Notes: generated from the sequence alone by a model not told the origin. A stretch of 64,000 nucleotides of DNA from an uncultured Alphaproteobacteria bacterium (GCA_964455525.1 CAYVWR010000006.1:192212-256211), one strand, 5' to 3'; numbered from the stretch's first letter, positions 33,371 through 44,135 are shown. Numbers and translations: made by a program.

Positions 33371-34026
33371 GGTGCCTCCCTGGGGATATCTTGAGCGCCC
33401 TTCTGATTGTTGTCGTCGTCCAATCCTATCATAACCGATATAATTCTTCCAAGGTGAGCTCTTGCCCGCCATGCGCGAGTACGAACCGCACCAACCGGCT
33501 CGCCGAGCATCTCAGCAATTTCATCAAAACGATAGCCAGAATATGCGTGGAGCACCAACACCTCCCGTTGAGCATCAGGAAGGTGTGGCAACGCGAGAAT
33601 CACCAACTCCTCCATATGCGATAGTTCTGGTACATGGGCAACAGGATGGCTGGCTTCCGAGATCTCATCCAGATCTGCGTGACGGCGCTCTCTACGAATA
33701 TTGTCCAGACAGAGGTTTCTTGCAATCGTCAACATCAGACCGAGGGGGTTCTGGACAGTTGTCCGCTCGTTACTGCGGAGCCGGATCACCCGTTCCCACA
33801 TCTCCTGCGTAAGATCCTCTGCCTGCTGCTCATTGCGCGAGAACTGCAAACAGTAGAGGTATAATCGATGATTATGGCGATCGAACATTTCGACGAGCGC
33901 TACATCATCACCTTCCAGGAAACGGGTAAATAGCTCCGCATCGCTGCTAGATGGTTTCGACTGGTTTGTCTCCTTATCATGCTTCACAGCCTTGCGCGAG
34001 GAGAGGATGTGGTTGTACCAGATCAT
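33367..34026 (-). CDS. ECF-type RNA polymerase sigma-70 factor
   Basis: Region 2 (DLTQEMWERV...) and region 4 HTH (YSGYRFDEIAEMLGEPVGAVRTRAWRARAHL). Confidence 0.8.
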   Translation of the reverse strand: MIWYNHILSSRKAVKHDKETNQSKPSSSDAELFTRFLEGDDVALVEMFDRHNHRLYLYCLQFSRNEQQAEDLTQEMWERVIRLRSNERTTVQNPLGLMLTIARNLCLDNIRRERRHADLDEISEASHPVAHVPELSHMEELVILALPHLPDAQREVLVLHAYSGYRFDEIAEMLGEPVGAVRTRAWRARAHLGRIISVMIGLDDDNNQKGAQDIPREAP

Positions 34027-34384
34027 AGGCTTTAAGAGAGTCTTCCCAGGTATAACGCACCGGAATTCTCAAACATCACCATTGAAACTTTTTTTCTCGA
34101 AGTGTGATGTTTAGATTCGTTGTAACGTTCTATGGAAGTACAGCATTCTGTGTGTCTATGCGTAACGATACTCTTGTGATGTGCTACCCTGGATCGAGTA
34201 CTGGGGTTCTGGCTGTTGGACCCGACATGCTAGTGCAGCACTCCGGGGGCCTTGCTACCTCCAACGTGCTTCGTGGCTTCTTTCACCCTACGTTCTGCGC
34301 TCCTTTCCATAGTGAAATGAGCCGGTTTATCATGTGCACCCTTGATGATAAGGCGTGCTCAACCATGTGATCAGAGGCTTCTCG

Positions 34385-37300
34385 ATGAAGGTACGTTACT
34401 CTCCTGCACAAGGCTTGTACGCTTTCATGATGGCACTTGCCATCTCGGTGACCGCGTTCGCGCAACAGCAAGCCACACCCCGGCAGTTGCTGAACATCGG
34501 CGCAGTGCGGTTCACCGAGAATCGGGGGCAGATCGTCAACACCCCAGGCGATCCGTCCCCCGATGTTCTTTATAGCACCGCCTCGCGCAATACAGCCATT
34601 TACTTCCGAAATTCCGGCATCTCCTATGTCTTCACCCGAGCCGGTGCCGCCGATAACCAGCCCCCCTCCGACCGGCTGGTCTCTCGGGAAGCCGGCCAGG
34701 CCGTTATATCGGCCTATCGTATGGATATGGAGCTTCTTGGCGCCAATCCTTCGGTGAGAGTTGTTCCACAAGAGGAGTTGGACGAGCAAAGCACCTACTA
34801 TTCCCCCCATTTCCCTGAAGGCATCGCCCGTCTCCGCAATTTCGGCAGGATTGTCTACCATGATATCTATCCGGCGATTGATCTTCTATTCTATGGCAAC
34901 GAGGATGGGTTGCACTATGAGTTTGTAGTACGCCCCGGCGGCAATGCCGCCGATATCCGGCTACGGTATATCGGAACAGATGGCGTTCGGATGGCTTCTC
35001 AGGGCACTGTGATGGCATCCACCCCTCTTGGCACGGTTGAACAGAGGCTCATCAACAGCTATCAGGCTGCCGAGCCTGCTGCACTGCAACGCAACACCAC
35101 AGGACACCCAACCCCTGTTCGCGGCTCCTACAAGCTCGGGAACAACGGTATATCCTTCACGATAGGCTCCTATGATCGCAGCCAACCGCTGGTGATAGCT
35201 GGCTCGCTGTTGTTTTCCACCGATTACGGCGACGACACCCCCTCTGGAACTTCCACCACGATCCCTTATGAGCAGGATCGGCGCCCTGAGAGTGCCAACA
35301 CCACTATTCCGTCAAGGCCTGGCATGGTACAGACGATCCTGGTAAGGCCAGAGGGTGATGATGGCAGTATGACCAGGCTCTCCGCCGATGATTCCCGCCC
35401 GGAAGGCCCATCGGACAGTGGTATCCGGCTGGCAAACGGCCTCTCCCCCGGCCACAGTATCAGCAATGCCATGAGGCTGGCCGACAGTATATCGGCGGAA
35501 ATGATGGCTGGCGATGTCGTGCCGCTTGGGAATGGAGGATCGCAGAGCAGCGGCAGCGACGCAACAAGCCTGTCGCTCGCGATGAATCCGATGATTACCA
35601 TCAAGGGCGCAACGGAGATCTGCAACGGCGACTCAACGATCCTTTCGGCCCCCTCCGGCTTCCAGTCCTATCGCTGGTCAACCGGCGATACAACCCAGGA
35701 GATCGTTGTCTATCAGTCGGGAAAGTATCGGGCTACGGTCGGCAGCAACGGATCGTACGGAATCACCGAGACCGTAGAGATCATCGTTCACCCGGTTCCG
35801 CGAAGGGTGATTGGCGCCATCGGCTCCACTGAACTCTGCGAGGGAGACAGCGTTCTTCTGACTCCGGGCAAGGACTTTATCTCCTACCGCTGGTCAAACG
35901 GCGCTACCTCGCCCCTTATCGTTGTCCGCGAGCCAGGACGCTTCACCGTCTCCTTTGTCGACATCAACGGCTGTGTTGGCAGGACCGACACGCTTGTGGT
36001 GACACTGCGCCCAAAACCAAGGCCGACGATAACCGTGGAGGGCAACCTTACCTTTTGCACCGGTAACAGCACGGTGCTGGACGCAGGAGCAGGATACCAT
36101 GAGTACCTCTGGTCAACCGGCGAGCGGACGCAACGGATCACCGTTCGTTCCTCCGGCAGCTATTCGGTTCGTGTTGCCAATGAAGCAGGCTGCTGGGGCG
36201 AAGCGCCACCGGTCTCGGTGGTAGCGCTGCCGGCACCGCATTTCCGTATAGCAGCGCTTCTGCCAACCGCATTCTGCGCAGGCGACAGCACAGTACTTAC
36301 CGCCTCGAACGATTTTGCACAGTATAGATGGTCGACCGGTGATACAACCAAGACCATTACCGTGCGAACGCAGGGAACATATACATTGACCGCATTCAAT
36401 GCCAATGGCTGCGGTTCAAGCGCATCAATCAGCGTACTCATCGCCCCCGATCCAAATCCAACAGTCATCACCAATCGTTCGCCCCGCATCTGCGCCGGTG
36501 AAACGGTTGTGCTCGACGCAGGCGAAGGATATAGCTCCTACCGCTGGTCAACCGGCCAGAGGACTCAACGTATCGTTGTAAGCGAGCCGGGACTCTATAA
36601 TGTCTCCGTTATCAACAGCCTCGGCTGCTCCGGCACCTCCAACATGGTCAAGGTGGAGGTCCTGCCAAAACCCATTGTCACGTTAAACGGCGCCCTGGCC
36701 GTCTGTGTGAACTCGAAGGCTACCTACACCGTGCCGCTGGCCATGGGGGTAAACTATGAATGGTATGCAACAGGAGGAGGCGCCACCATCGAATCGGGCA
36801 ACGGCACCAATACCGTCGTTGTGCGATGGCGGACAAAGGGAACAGGCAGGGTACATCTTCTGGCCCGGTATCCCGGTTCAGCCTGTACATTCAGCACCAC
36901 CATGGATGTGGCCGTAGGAGAGGCGCTCACACCAATGATCACGGCCGATGGACCAACAACCCTCTGCTCCGGCAGACAGGTCAGGCTCGATGCAGGATTG
37001 GGATATGATAGATACCTCTGGTCCAATGGCGCAACCACACAGAGCATTATCGTAGATCGTGCAGGGCGCTACTCCGTCACAGTCGCCAATGAAGGCGAGT
37101 GCTCCGGCACCTCCGCCCCCGTCATCGTAGAGCAGGCATCCCTGCCGGAGCCGAGCATCGTGGCACTCGGCAGCACGACTTTTTGCGGTGGAGGGAGCGT
37201 AACGCTTGACGCTGGCCCCGGCTATACGCGCTATCTCTGGTCGAACGGCGCCACAACGCGCCAGATCACCGTCGATGAGGCCAATACCTACTGGGTGAGC

Positions 37301-38956
37301 GTAACAACCGCAGGCAACTGCTCAGCGGTATCACCAAGCATCACAACCACTGTGGCTGCCGCTCCGGCACCAAAGATCACTGGGCCAACGGCGGTATGCC
37401 GCAACATCCGGGCAACCTACAGAACCCCCACCGTGCCAGGCCATCGGTATTACTGGACCGTGGTGGGCGGAGAGCTTCTGACCCCGCAGGGACTTCCCAT
37501 AGCTACCGTCCAGTGGGAAACCCCTGGTTCCGGCACGCTGGAACTTCGCCAGGAATCACCCGACGGAGCCTGTGTTGCAATAACCCAGGATATGATCGCG
37601 ATTGCCGACAGCATTGTTCCAGAGATCGAGGTAATCGGGTCGACAGCGATCTGCGCCGGTGGAAATGTCACGCTTGATGCAGGCCCCGGCTATACATCCT
37701 ATCTCTGGTCCAATGGCGCAACCACACAGGCGATCACCGTGGACCGCGCCGCCTCGTACTGGGTATCGGTCAGGGACGAGGGTGGCTGCGGAGGAACGTC
37801 GCGGCCGCTCGCCGTTACGATGAAACAGTTGGCATCCCCAGCAGTGACGGCGCTCGGCCCAACCGAGTTCTGCGAGGGCGCATCGGTAACGCTCAGTGCG
37901 CCGGAAGGCTTTGCGTACTACCGCTGGTCGAACGGCAGCACCATGCGCCAGATCACGGTTGCAGCAACCGGCACCTATAGCGTTGTCCTTGTAGACTCCA
38001 CCGGGTGCGACGCTGCATCGCTGCCGATGGATGTGATAGTCTACCCACGGCCTGAAAGACCGGATATCAAGGTGAGCGGAAACATCCTGATGGCCCCGGA
38101 TGCGGCCAGCTACGGATGGGCGCTGAATGGGGTGCCGATCCCAGGTGAGACATCACAACAGCTTATCGCCCGGGACACCGGAGCCTATACGGTCACGATC
38201 ACAAACCCGGCAGGCTGCATCAATACATCGGCACCGTTTATCAACCGTGCTACCAGTACACACGCCTCTCGTACCGTCTGGATCGACACGGCCAGCAGCC
38301 ATGTCGGCGACCGCTTCCGTCTGACGATGCATGTGCATCCTCCACTTGAGCACGACGACCAGATCAACGGCTTCACGGCATGGATCAGGGTTCCGGCCCA
38401 CTCTCTGTTCCTCCATCATGTGATCTCTCCCGATGCCGACCACACTGGCGACCCTGCGGTTGCAGGGGTTGAAGCACATGATCTTGTGGTCATCAACCGT
38501 CCGGCATCCAGTCCGATAATGACTGGTAGCAGGCTCTTCCAGATGGAGCTTGAAGGACTTTCCACAGCCGTACCATACAATACGATCAGGATCGACAGTG
38601 TCATGTTTGCGGATGGCACCATAGGGATGGCCACGGCTCACGGCACCGTGCTCCTGAGCGGCTGTGATGTCGGCAAAAACTTCGATTTCGGCAAACGTGC
38701 TCACCTGCAATCGATTTATCCGAACCCCGTCAGCCATGAAGCGGCGATCGCCTATCGCGCTCCCCTCGGCTCCTCGCCGGTAGTTCGCCTTATCAATACA
38801 ATGGGCCAGGGAGTCCTGGTCCTCTCACTTGCAACGGGAACCGGCGAAACGCAGGAGATGAGATTGCAACTTGGTGAGGTGGCCTCCGGCATCTATACGC
38901 TGGAACTGCGCGACGGCGGCGAGATCAGCACAATGCCGCTCGTCATCCAGAAGTAA
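34385..38956 (+). CDS. giant T9SS-secreted adhesin-like protein with ~13 tandem SprB-type Cys repeats
   Basis: Signal peptide MKVRYSPAQGLYAFMMALAISVTAFAQQ. Tandem ~75-80-aa repeats with 2 Cys and the core Y(R/L)WS(T/N)G(D/A)TTQ.I.V...G.Y.V...N..GC (for example at 35670, 35890, 36110, 36330, 36545, 37015, 37240, 37700, 37920). C-terminal T9SS CTD (IYPNPVSHEAAIAY...SGIYTLELRDGGEISTMPLVIQK). Confidence 0.8.
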   Translation: MKVRYSPAQGLYAFMMALAISVTAFAQQQATPRQLLNIGAVRFTENRGQIVNTPGDPSPDVLYSTASRNTAIYFRNSGISYVFTRAGAADNQPPSDRLVSREAGQAVISAYRMDMELLGANPSVRVVPQEELDEQSTYYSPHFPEGIARLRNFGRIVYHDIYPAIDLLFYGNEDGLHYEFVVRPGGNAADIRLRYIGTDGVRMASQGTVMASTPLGTVEQRLINSYQAAEPAALQRNTTGHPTPVRGSYKLGNNGISFTIGSYDRSQPLVIAGSLLFSTDYGDDTPSGTSTTIPYEQDRRPESANTTIPSRPGMVQTILVRPEGDDGSMTRLSADDSRPEGPSDSGIRLANGLSPGHSISNAMRLADSISAEMMAGDVVPLGNGGSQSSGSDATSLSLAMNPMITIKGATEICNGDSTILSAPSGFQSYRWSTGDTTQEIVVYQSGKYRATVGSNGSYGITETVEIIVHPVPRRVIGAIGSTELCEGDSVLLTPGKDFISYRWSNGATSPLIVVREPGRFTVSFVDINGCVGRTDTLVVTLRPKPRPTITVEGNLTFCTGNSTVLDAGAGYHEYLWSTGERTQRITVRSSGSYSVRVANEAGCWGEAPPVSVVALPAPHFRIAALLPTAFCAGDSTVLTASNDFAQYRWSTGDTTKTITVRTQGTYTLTAFNANGCGSSASISVLIAPDPNPTVITNRSPRICAGETVVLDAGEGYSSYRWSTGQRTQRIVVSEPGLYNVSVINSLGCSGTSNMVKVEVLPKPIVTLNGALAVCVNSKATYTVPLAMGVNYEWYATGGGATIESGNGTNTVVVRWRTKGTGRVHLLARYPGSACTFSTTMDVAVGEALTPMITADGPTTLCSGRQVRLDAGLGYDRYLWSNGATTQSIIVDRAGRYSVTVANEGECSGTSAPVIVEQASLPEPSIVALGSTTFCGGGSVTLDAGPGYTRYLWSNGATTRQITVDEANTYWVSVTTAGNCSAVSPSITTTVAAAPAPKITGPTAVCRNIRATYRTPTVPGHRYYWTVVGGELLTPQGLPIATVQWETPGSGTLELRQESPDGACVAITQDMIAIADSIVPEIEVIGSTAICAGGNVTLDAGPGYTSYLWSNGATTQAITVDRAASYWVSVRDEGGCGGTSRPLAVTMKQLASPAVTALGPTEFCEGASVTLSAPEGFAYYRWSNGSTMRQITVAATGTYSVVLVDSTGCDAASLPMDVIVYPRPERPDIKVSGNILMAPDAASYGWALNGVPIPGETSQQLIARDTGAYTVTITNPAGCINTSAPFINRATSTHASRTVWIDTASSHVGDRFRLTMHVHPPLEHDDQINGFTAWIRVPAHSLFLHHVISPDADHTGDPAVAGVEAHDLVVINRPASSPIMTGSRLFQMELEGLSTAVPYNTIRIDSVMFADGTIGMATAHGTVLLSGCDVGKNFDFGKRAHLQSIYPNPVSHEAAIAYRAPLGSSPVVRLINTMGQGVLVLSLATGTGETQEMRLQLGEVASGIYTLELRDGGEISTMPLVIQK

Positions 38957-38971
38957 CCGGACGTCTCGGTC

Positions 38972-41008
38972 ATGAAGATTGCACGGGCATGCTCGATTCT
39001 GGCGCTTGCGGTTGCGGCAACAGCATCGGTGCAGGCCCAGAATAATAGTCCCGCACCGATTCTCCTCGGACCATTTGTCGGGGTTGATCTGGCCCTTGAG
39101 TCGGGGCGCATTCCGGTCTACGCATTCTCCGCCGACTGTGGAGAATTCACATCCGGCATGGCTAATATCGTCACGGCCGGCGCGATCCTGACCTATTCAT
39201 CCCTCTTTGCTCCCCGCCTTGGACTCTCGCTGGCAGGAAGTGTCTCCAGCTCCACCGGCATCTTTACCACAGCGCCAACCGGACCCACATCAATCGTCGA
39301 GCAGGGGGTTCTCATCCAGCTCGAACGCGAGTACAGGCTTCGCCACAAGGCGCTCCGATTCACGGCCGATCTGCTCGGCACGTTCCGCCCGCTCACTCAC
39401 CTTGAACTTGCCGCTGGATTATCGGTCGGCTACCAGCCAGCCATATCATTCTCGCAGACCGATAACATCACAGGCCCGGATAACTATAGCTTTCCCGATG
39501 GGCAAAGCTCGCACACCATGCTCGACGGAAAGAAGCTGAGCAGTTCTCTTGTTCAGTTCGGCCCGCGCATCCGTGTCGCCTATCGGCTCCCGGTTGGCCC
39601 ACGGTTATGGCTACAACCCGCGCTCACCGCCCATATGGATCTGGCTTCAGTGGTGCGCGAGGCGAGGTGGCAACGGTTTGGAGCCGGTGCAGCGATAGCG
39701 GTTCTCTTCGATCTCACGCCGGAGCAGCCAGCAATGCCCCAGCCACATGCCGTAGAGGAGAAATCGAAGCCTGTCCCCCTGTTGAAAGCAGCCATCGAGC
39801 TTTATGGCATCGACGACCACGACCAACGCCGTCCCGTGGCAACGGTCAAGGTGGACGAGATACTTTATCGCCAGCATACTCCGCTCCTTCCGATCATCTA
39901 TTTCGATCAGGCCGCACTAGAGTTGCCAACACGATATCAGGGGCTACCAGTGGCCGGAACCGATACTCTCAAGCTGGAGAAGCTTGCCGCAAAAAGTATC
40001 GTGGAGATGCAGCATTACACACTCGACGTGATCGGCTGGCGGCTCCGCGCCGACACAAACGCACATATCACCCTTATCGGTTCCACATCCCAGGATGAAG
40101 CGGCGGCGCTTGCACGGGGACGAGCTGAAACCGTACGTTCATATCTGGAACGGACCTGGGGGATCGGCCATGAGCGAATGACGATCAATGATGGGAACGG
40201 AAATCTCCAGCACTCCAATGAGGCTACCGAGGATGGCCGTGCCGATAACCGCCGCGTGGAAATCATCGCCAGCGTCCCCGAGATCACATCATCGCTGGTT
40301 ACCGAGCAGATCGTCCGCAATTTCAATCCACCCGTTATCCGCATTCTCCCCTCGTTCGAGTCGGAGGCTGGCGTTCGGAACTGGGCCGTCACGATCTCGC
40401 AGGAGACGAATATCATCGCCCGCTACTCGAACCGTGACGATCAGACCATGGATGACTCGGAGTTTACATGGAGCATCATCCATAGCAAGATCGACTCGGC
40501 GCTGGCGCCACTGGTGGCAGAGCTTGTTGTGGAGGATTCGGCCGGTACCAAGGCCAGGGCGCTGACATATATACCGCTGGAGCTTGAGAAACAGCTACGA
40601 GTGGTGGATGGGGCGGTAGAGCATCAGGGAAATCACGAGCAGATCGGCCATACCCTGGTAGCATTCAACTACAACTCCGCCGAGCTTAAGGCCTCGCACG
40701 AGGCCACACTGGATCAGGTCGCACGTCAAGTACATGATAGCGCCCAGATCACCATTGTAGGCTATACCGACCGCATTGGCGATGAGCGTTATAATGCCGG
40801 GCTTTCCACGCAGAGAGCCGAGCAGGTGGCATCCGCACTCCGAGCAAGACTTCAAAGGCGTGGCATCCAGGGTGTCAGGATCAAGGCAAACGGCGCCGGC
40901 ATGGAAACCGAGCGATTTACCAACCACCTTCCGGAAGGCCGCACGCTTTCCAGAGGAGTCAGCATCATAATCGAGCAAAAGATCGTGGCCGACGCACCCG
41001 GACAGTAA
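38972..41008 (+). CDS. OmpA-like outer-membrane protein: N-terminal barrel plus two OmpA_C domains (paralog of 22786..24876)
   Basis: Signal peptide MKIARACSILALAVAATASVQA. Homologous linker (TVKVDEILYRQHTPLLPIIYFDQAALELPTRYQ vs [34 protein letters not shown]). Two OmpA_C domains (ITLIGSTSQDEAAALARGRAE...; ITIVGYTDRIGDERYNAGLSTQRAEQVASAL). Confidence 0.75.
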   Translation: MKIARACSILALAVAATASVQAQNNSPAPILLGPFVGVDLALESGRIPVYAFSADCGEFTSGMANIVTAGAILTYSSLFAPRLGLSLAGSVSSSTGIFTTAPTGPTSIVEQGVLIQLEREYRLRHKALRFTADLLGTFRPLTHLELAAGLSVGYQPAISFSQTDNITGPDNYSFPDGQSSHTMLDGKKLSSSLVQFGPRIRVAYRLPVGPRLWLQPALTAHMDLASVVREARWQRFGAGAAIAVLFDLTPEQPAMPQPHAVEEKSKPVPLLKAAIELYGIDDHDQRRPVATVKVDEILYRQHTPLLPIIYFDQAALELPTRYQGLPVAGTDTLKLEKLAAKSIVEMQHYTLDVIGWRLRADTNAHITLIGSTSQDEAAALARGRAETVRSYLERTWGIGHERMTINDGNGNLQHSNEATEDGRADNRRVEIIASVPEITSSLVTEQIVRNFNPPVIRILPSFESEAGVRNWAVTISQETNIIARYSNRDDQTMDDSEFTWSIIHSKIDSALAPLVAELVVEDSAGTKARALTYIPLELEKQLRVVDGAVEHQGNHEQIGHTLVAFNYNSAELKASHEATLDQVARQVHDSAQITIVGYTDRIGDERYNAGLSTQRAEQVASALRARLQRRGIQGVRIKANGAGMETERFTNHLPEGRTLSRGVSIIIEQKIVADAPGQ

Positions 41009-41225
41009 GATGGCCGAGGGTGCTTCATCAGATAGGAGCTTCTGATTTCCTGGAATGGGATTACGATGGTAACTTCCCGTGGGCACTACAGATTCGAGGA
41101 GTGGACTCGTCCAATGGTCTGCTCCTCCTTCTCCCTGTTTCTACCCCCGCAGTAGCAACAGGCAGTTGGCTGTTTCCACCGATGCCCGGTCGTTCTTTCC
41201 CTTTAATCCTTCACCATTCAGGTCC

Positions 41226-42353
41226 ATGGATGATAAGCTCGGTATCTACCGCACCCTCTCCGGTTTCAACTGGCCCCAATCCTATCTCGGCAAATTCCTT
41301 CTGACGGCATTTGTGGGAGTACATGTGCCACTGATCGCAGTGATAGCATATGTGGTAATCGCCGCATCCGACTGGGAAAACGTGCTGCCGGTCCTGATCG
41401 TTGCGCTTGTGGCAACCCTTCTAGGAACGATCGCCACCCAATTTGTTCAAGGAAGACTTCTTATCCCCGTCTTAAAAACATCACGGGCGCTGGATGATTA
41501 TTCCAAAGATCGCACGCTGCCCGACCTGCCCCCGGAATTCCCGGACGAAGCGGGCCTCCTGATGAGCAACGCACAGACCTGCATCACATCCCTTGATGAG
41601 CTGCTCCGGCTGAAGAACAACCTGCTGGCGGTGCTCTCGCATGATACCCGTCTCCCCATATCCACCATCAGCCTTGCAAGCAGCATCTGTCTCGATATCC
41701 TCGACAGCCCGGAGGTTGATATCGATGAGCTACGTTTTATGTGCGGCAAGATTCAAGATGCGGCCGATAGACAGGCCATTATGATGAACAGCATCCTGAC
41801 GCTCGCCCGCGCCGATGCCGGTGTTATCACGGTCCAACGAAATGAGATAGCCCCGGATGATCTGGTCCGTCAGGCAGCCGACAATGTTCGGCTTCAGGCC
41901 AATGGAAAGGGCATCAGGCTTGAGGTGACCAATGAGCTTCCACCCGGAATGCTTGCCATGCTCGATATGGCAAAAACCGAACAGGTACTCAACAATCTGC
42001 TGACCAATGCAATTAAATTCACGCCACGCGGAGGAACCGTAACGCTCGGCGCCAGCACCGACGGAACATCGATAAAGTTTACGGTCCATGATACAGGCGT
42101 AGGAATGCCACCTGATCTACTCGCACAACTGTTCACCCCTTTCACAAGGGCGCAACGAACCGGAACGGCAAAGGAGAAGGGGACAGGGCTGGGGTTGTGG
42201 ATATGCAAGACGTTTATAGAGCTTCAGGGAGGCACGATCCAGGTGAAGAGCAGCACGACAGCAGGAACGATGATGGGGATAACGCTCCCGATCCTTCGAT
42301 CGCAGGAGGCGCTGGCCCCGGCCCTGCTGGTGGCATATAGCTCTCAGAACTGA
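41226..42353 (+). CDS. sensor histidine kinase
   Basis: Two N-terminal TM helices. H-box LAVLSHDTRLPIS. HATPase_c N/G boxes (LNNLLTNAIKFT...HDTGVGMPPD...GTGLGLWICK). Confidence 0.85.
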   Translation: MDDKLGIYRTLSGFNWPQSYLGKFLLTAFVGVHVPLIAVIAYVVIAASDWENVLPVLIVALVATLLGTIATQFVQGRLLIPVLKTSRALDDYSKDRTLPDLPPEFPDEAGLLMSNAQTCITSLDELLRLKNNLLAVLSHDTRLPISTISLASSICLDILDSPEVDIDELRFMCGKIQDAADRQAIMMNSILTLARADAGVITVQRNEIAPDDLVRQAADNVRLQANGKGIRLEVTNELPPGMLAMLDMAKTEQVLNNLLTNAIKFTPRGGTVTLGASTDGTSIKFTVHDTGVGMPPDLLAQLFTPFTRAQRTGTAKEKGTGLGLWICKTFIELQGGTIQVKSSTTAGTMMGITLPILRSQEALAPALLVAYSSQN

Positions 42354-42407
42354 AACCTGGCCCGCTCGAACAGCCAGGTTGCCATAACCACACCAATGGA
42401 TAAAAAA

Positions 42408-42471
42408 GGTAGCCGCAAAGGCTTCGACCGGTACCCACGCATACGTACACCGATCCAAGCCTGCGGCTACC
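42408..42471. other. long imperfect stem-loop (GGTAGCCGCAAAGGCTT ... AAGCCTGCGGCTACC)
   Basis: 15-17-bp complementary arms around a ~32-nt loop, 55 nt downstream of the histidine kinase stop. Not followed by a U-tract. Confidence 0.35.
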
Positions 42472-42938
42472 TTAATGTCTTGAGGACAACCATCCATACC
42501 TGCCTATCCCATGTCACCCAACCTTTCGTGACCTCGCCGAGTTGAAGATCCTTGCCGAGCCGGGGATTCATTGAGCTGTACGCCATTGCATCCCATACAA
42601 GCAACTGGCAAGCACCCTCCAGCCCCGCAGAGCCATCCCCATACCGTCCTGACGGTCCCCTAGCTGCTGCCGCGCAACTTCAGGGCATTCTACCGGCTGG
42701 GTAGAACGGGTATCATCGGGCCATCTGCGAATCGCACAGTACAGACCGGCAGTATCGGCACCCCTTCCCGGACCAGGAGATATATGCACAATGAACTGTC
42801 CATACAAGCACAGAGAGATCCCCGCGAGCTGTGCGCCAAATAACAGCGATTAAATTATTGAGCGAAGATTAGCCGAAGATTAGAGATGGTGGGAACACAA
42901 GGCGGCCACGTAAAAAAAATATACGCAGGCTACAGAAC

Positions 42939-42968
42939 CATCATAGGCCATCACGATGGCCTATGATG
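42939..42968. other. perfect 13-bp palindrome CATCATAGGCCAT-CACG-ATGGCCTATGATG
   Basis: Read directly. Lies in the ~800-bp gene-free gap between the kinase and response regulator genes. On the minus strand a T8 run follows about 20 nt later. Confidence 0.4.
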
Positions 42969-43160
42969 CTGCCAGAAACTCAGACATCTGCCCCCCTGCA
43001 CACCACAACCAGAAAAGGCACTGATTCTCAGCAAGATCGCCAGCCCAGCCACGTGCTCCTGCAAAAGAACCATGACATTCCGATCGGCTGAATCAGGCCG
43101 GGACAGGACTTTTCAGCACGACGATACCAGCAAACGTAGCGGCAGTGCCTACGATATCGC

Positions 43161-43835
43161 CTATCCTCCAGCACTAAGCCGATAGCCCACGCCACGAACC
43201 GTATGGATCAACGCCTGTTCATAACCGCGATCGACGCTCAAACGCAAACAGGACATCAGCGACTCGATCACATTCGATTTCGGATCGAAATTGTTATCCC
43301 AGACATGTTCTGCAATCGCCTCGCGGGTAACCACCTTCTCCTCGTTCAGGGCAAGGTATTCAAGAAGAGCAAACTCCTTGGCTGTCAGGGTGATATCATT
43401 GCCACCACGTATAACACGCCGCCGAGCGGTATCAATGACCAGATCGGCAATACGGATTTCCGCTGTCTTCTGCTCCGATCCCCGCCGCGTGAGAGCGCGA
43501 ATCCGCGCCATAAGAATGCCGAAGTTGAATGGTTTCGCCAGGTAGTCATCGGCCCCCATATCCAGCCCCTTGATGACATCCTCGGTTGAGCCTAGCGCGG
43601 TCAGCATCAATACCGGCGCCATCACCTTCTCACGACGCAAGGTTTGGCAGACTGTGCGCCCATCCATTTTCGGCAGCATTATATCCAGAACGATCAGGTC
43701 GTAATCGTTACAAAGCGCCAGTTCCAGCCCTTCTTCACCATCCTCTGCCACATCGACACTGTAGTGCTGTGCAATTAGACCTCGCCGCACAATCTGCGAG
43801 ATATCCTCATCATCTTCTACCAATAGAATTCGCAT
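43161..43835 (-). CDS. OmpR/PhoB-family DNA-binding response regulator
   Basis: Receiver domain (MRILLVEDDEDI...DLIVLDIMLPKMDG...LTALG). Winged-helix output (IRIADLVIDTARRRV...LTAKEFALLEYL...TVRGVGYRL). Confidence 0.88.
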   Translation of the reverse strand: MRILLVEDDEDISQIVRRGLIAQHYSVDVAEDGEEGLELALCNDYDLIVLDIMLPKMDGRTVCQTLRREKVMAPVLMLTALGSTEDVIKGLDMGADDYLAKPFNFGILMARIRALTRRGSEQKTAEIRIADLVIDTARRRVIRGGNDITLTAKEFALLEYLALNEEKVVTREAIAEHVWDNNFDPKSNVIESLMSCLRLSVDRGYEQALIHTVRGVGYRLSAGG

Positions 43836-44135
43836 ACATCCTCCCTTAAGAGGGCTCTACCACTCGTCAACAGTTATGATCTTATAGGCCTTATCCTTTC
43901 AGGTACAAGGAAGAGGCCAACAAGACAGGAAAATTGATCGTGATGCGCAAAGAGCACCGAAGTTGCGGGAGGCAGAATATACCGAACGACAGTGCACCAC
44001 ACTGAGATAGAACAGGACAATAATAGCACCCATGAAGTTCTGGCACAAGATGGTGAAACAAGCAATAGGATACGCCACTGCCTCTGGAACCTGCGATTCC
44101 AGAGGCAGTGGCCACAGTTCGATTGGTTCGCACGA

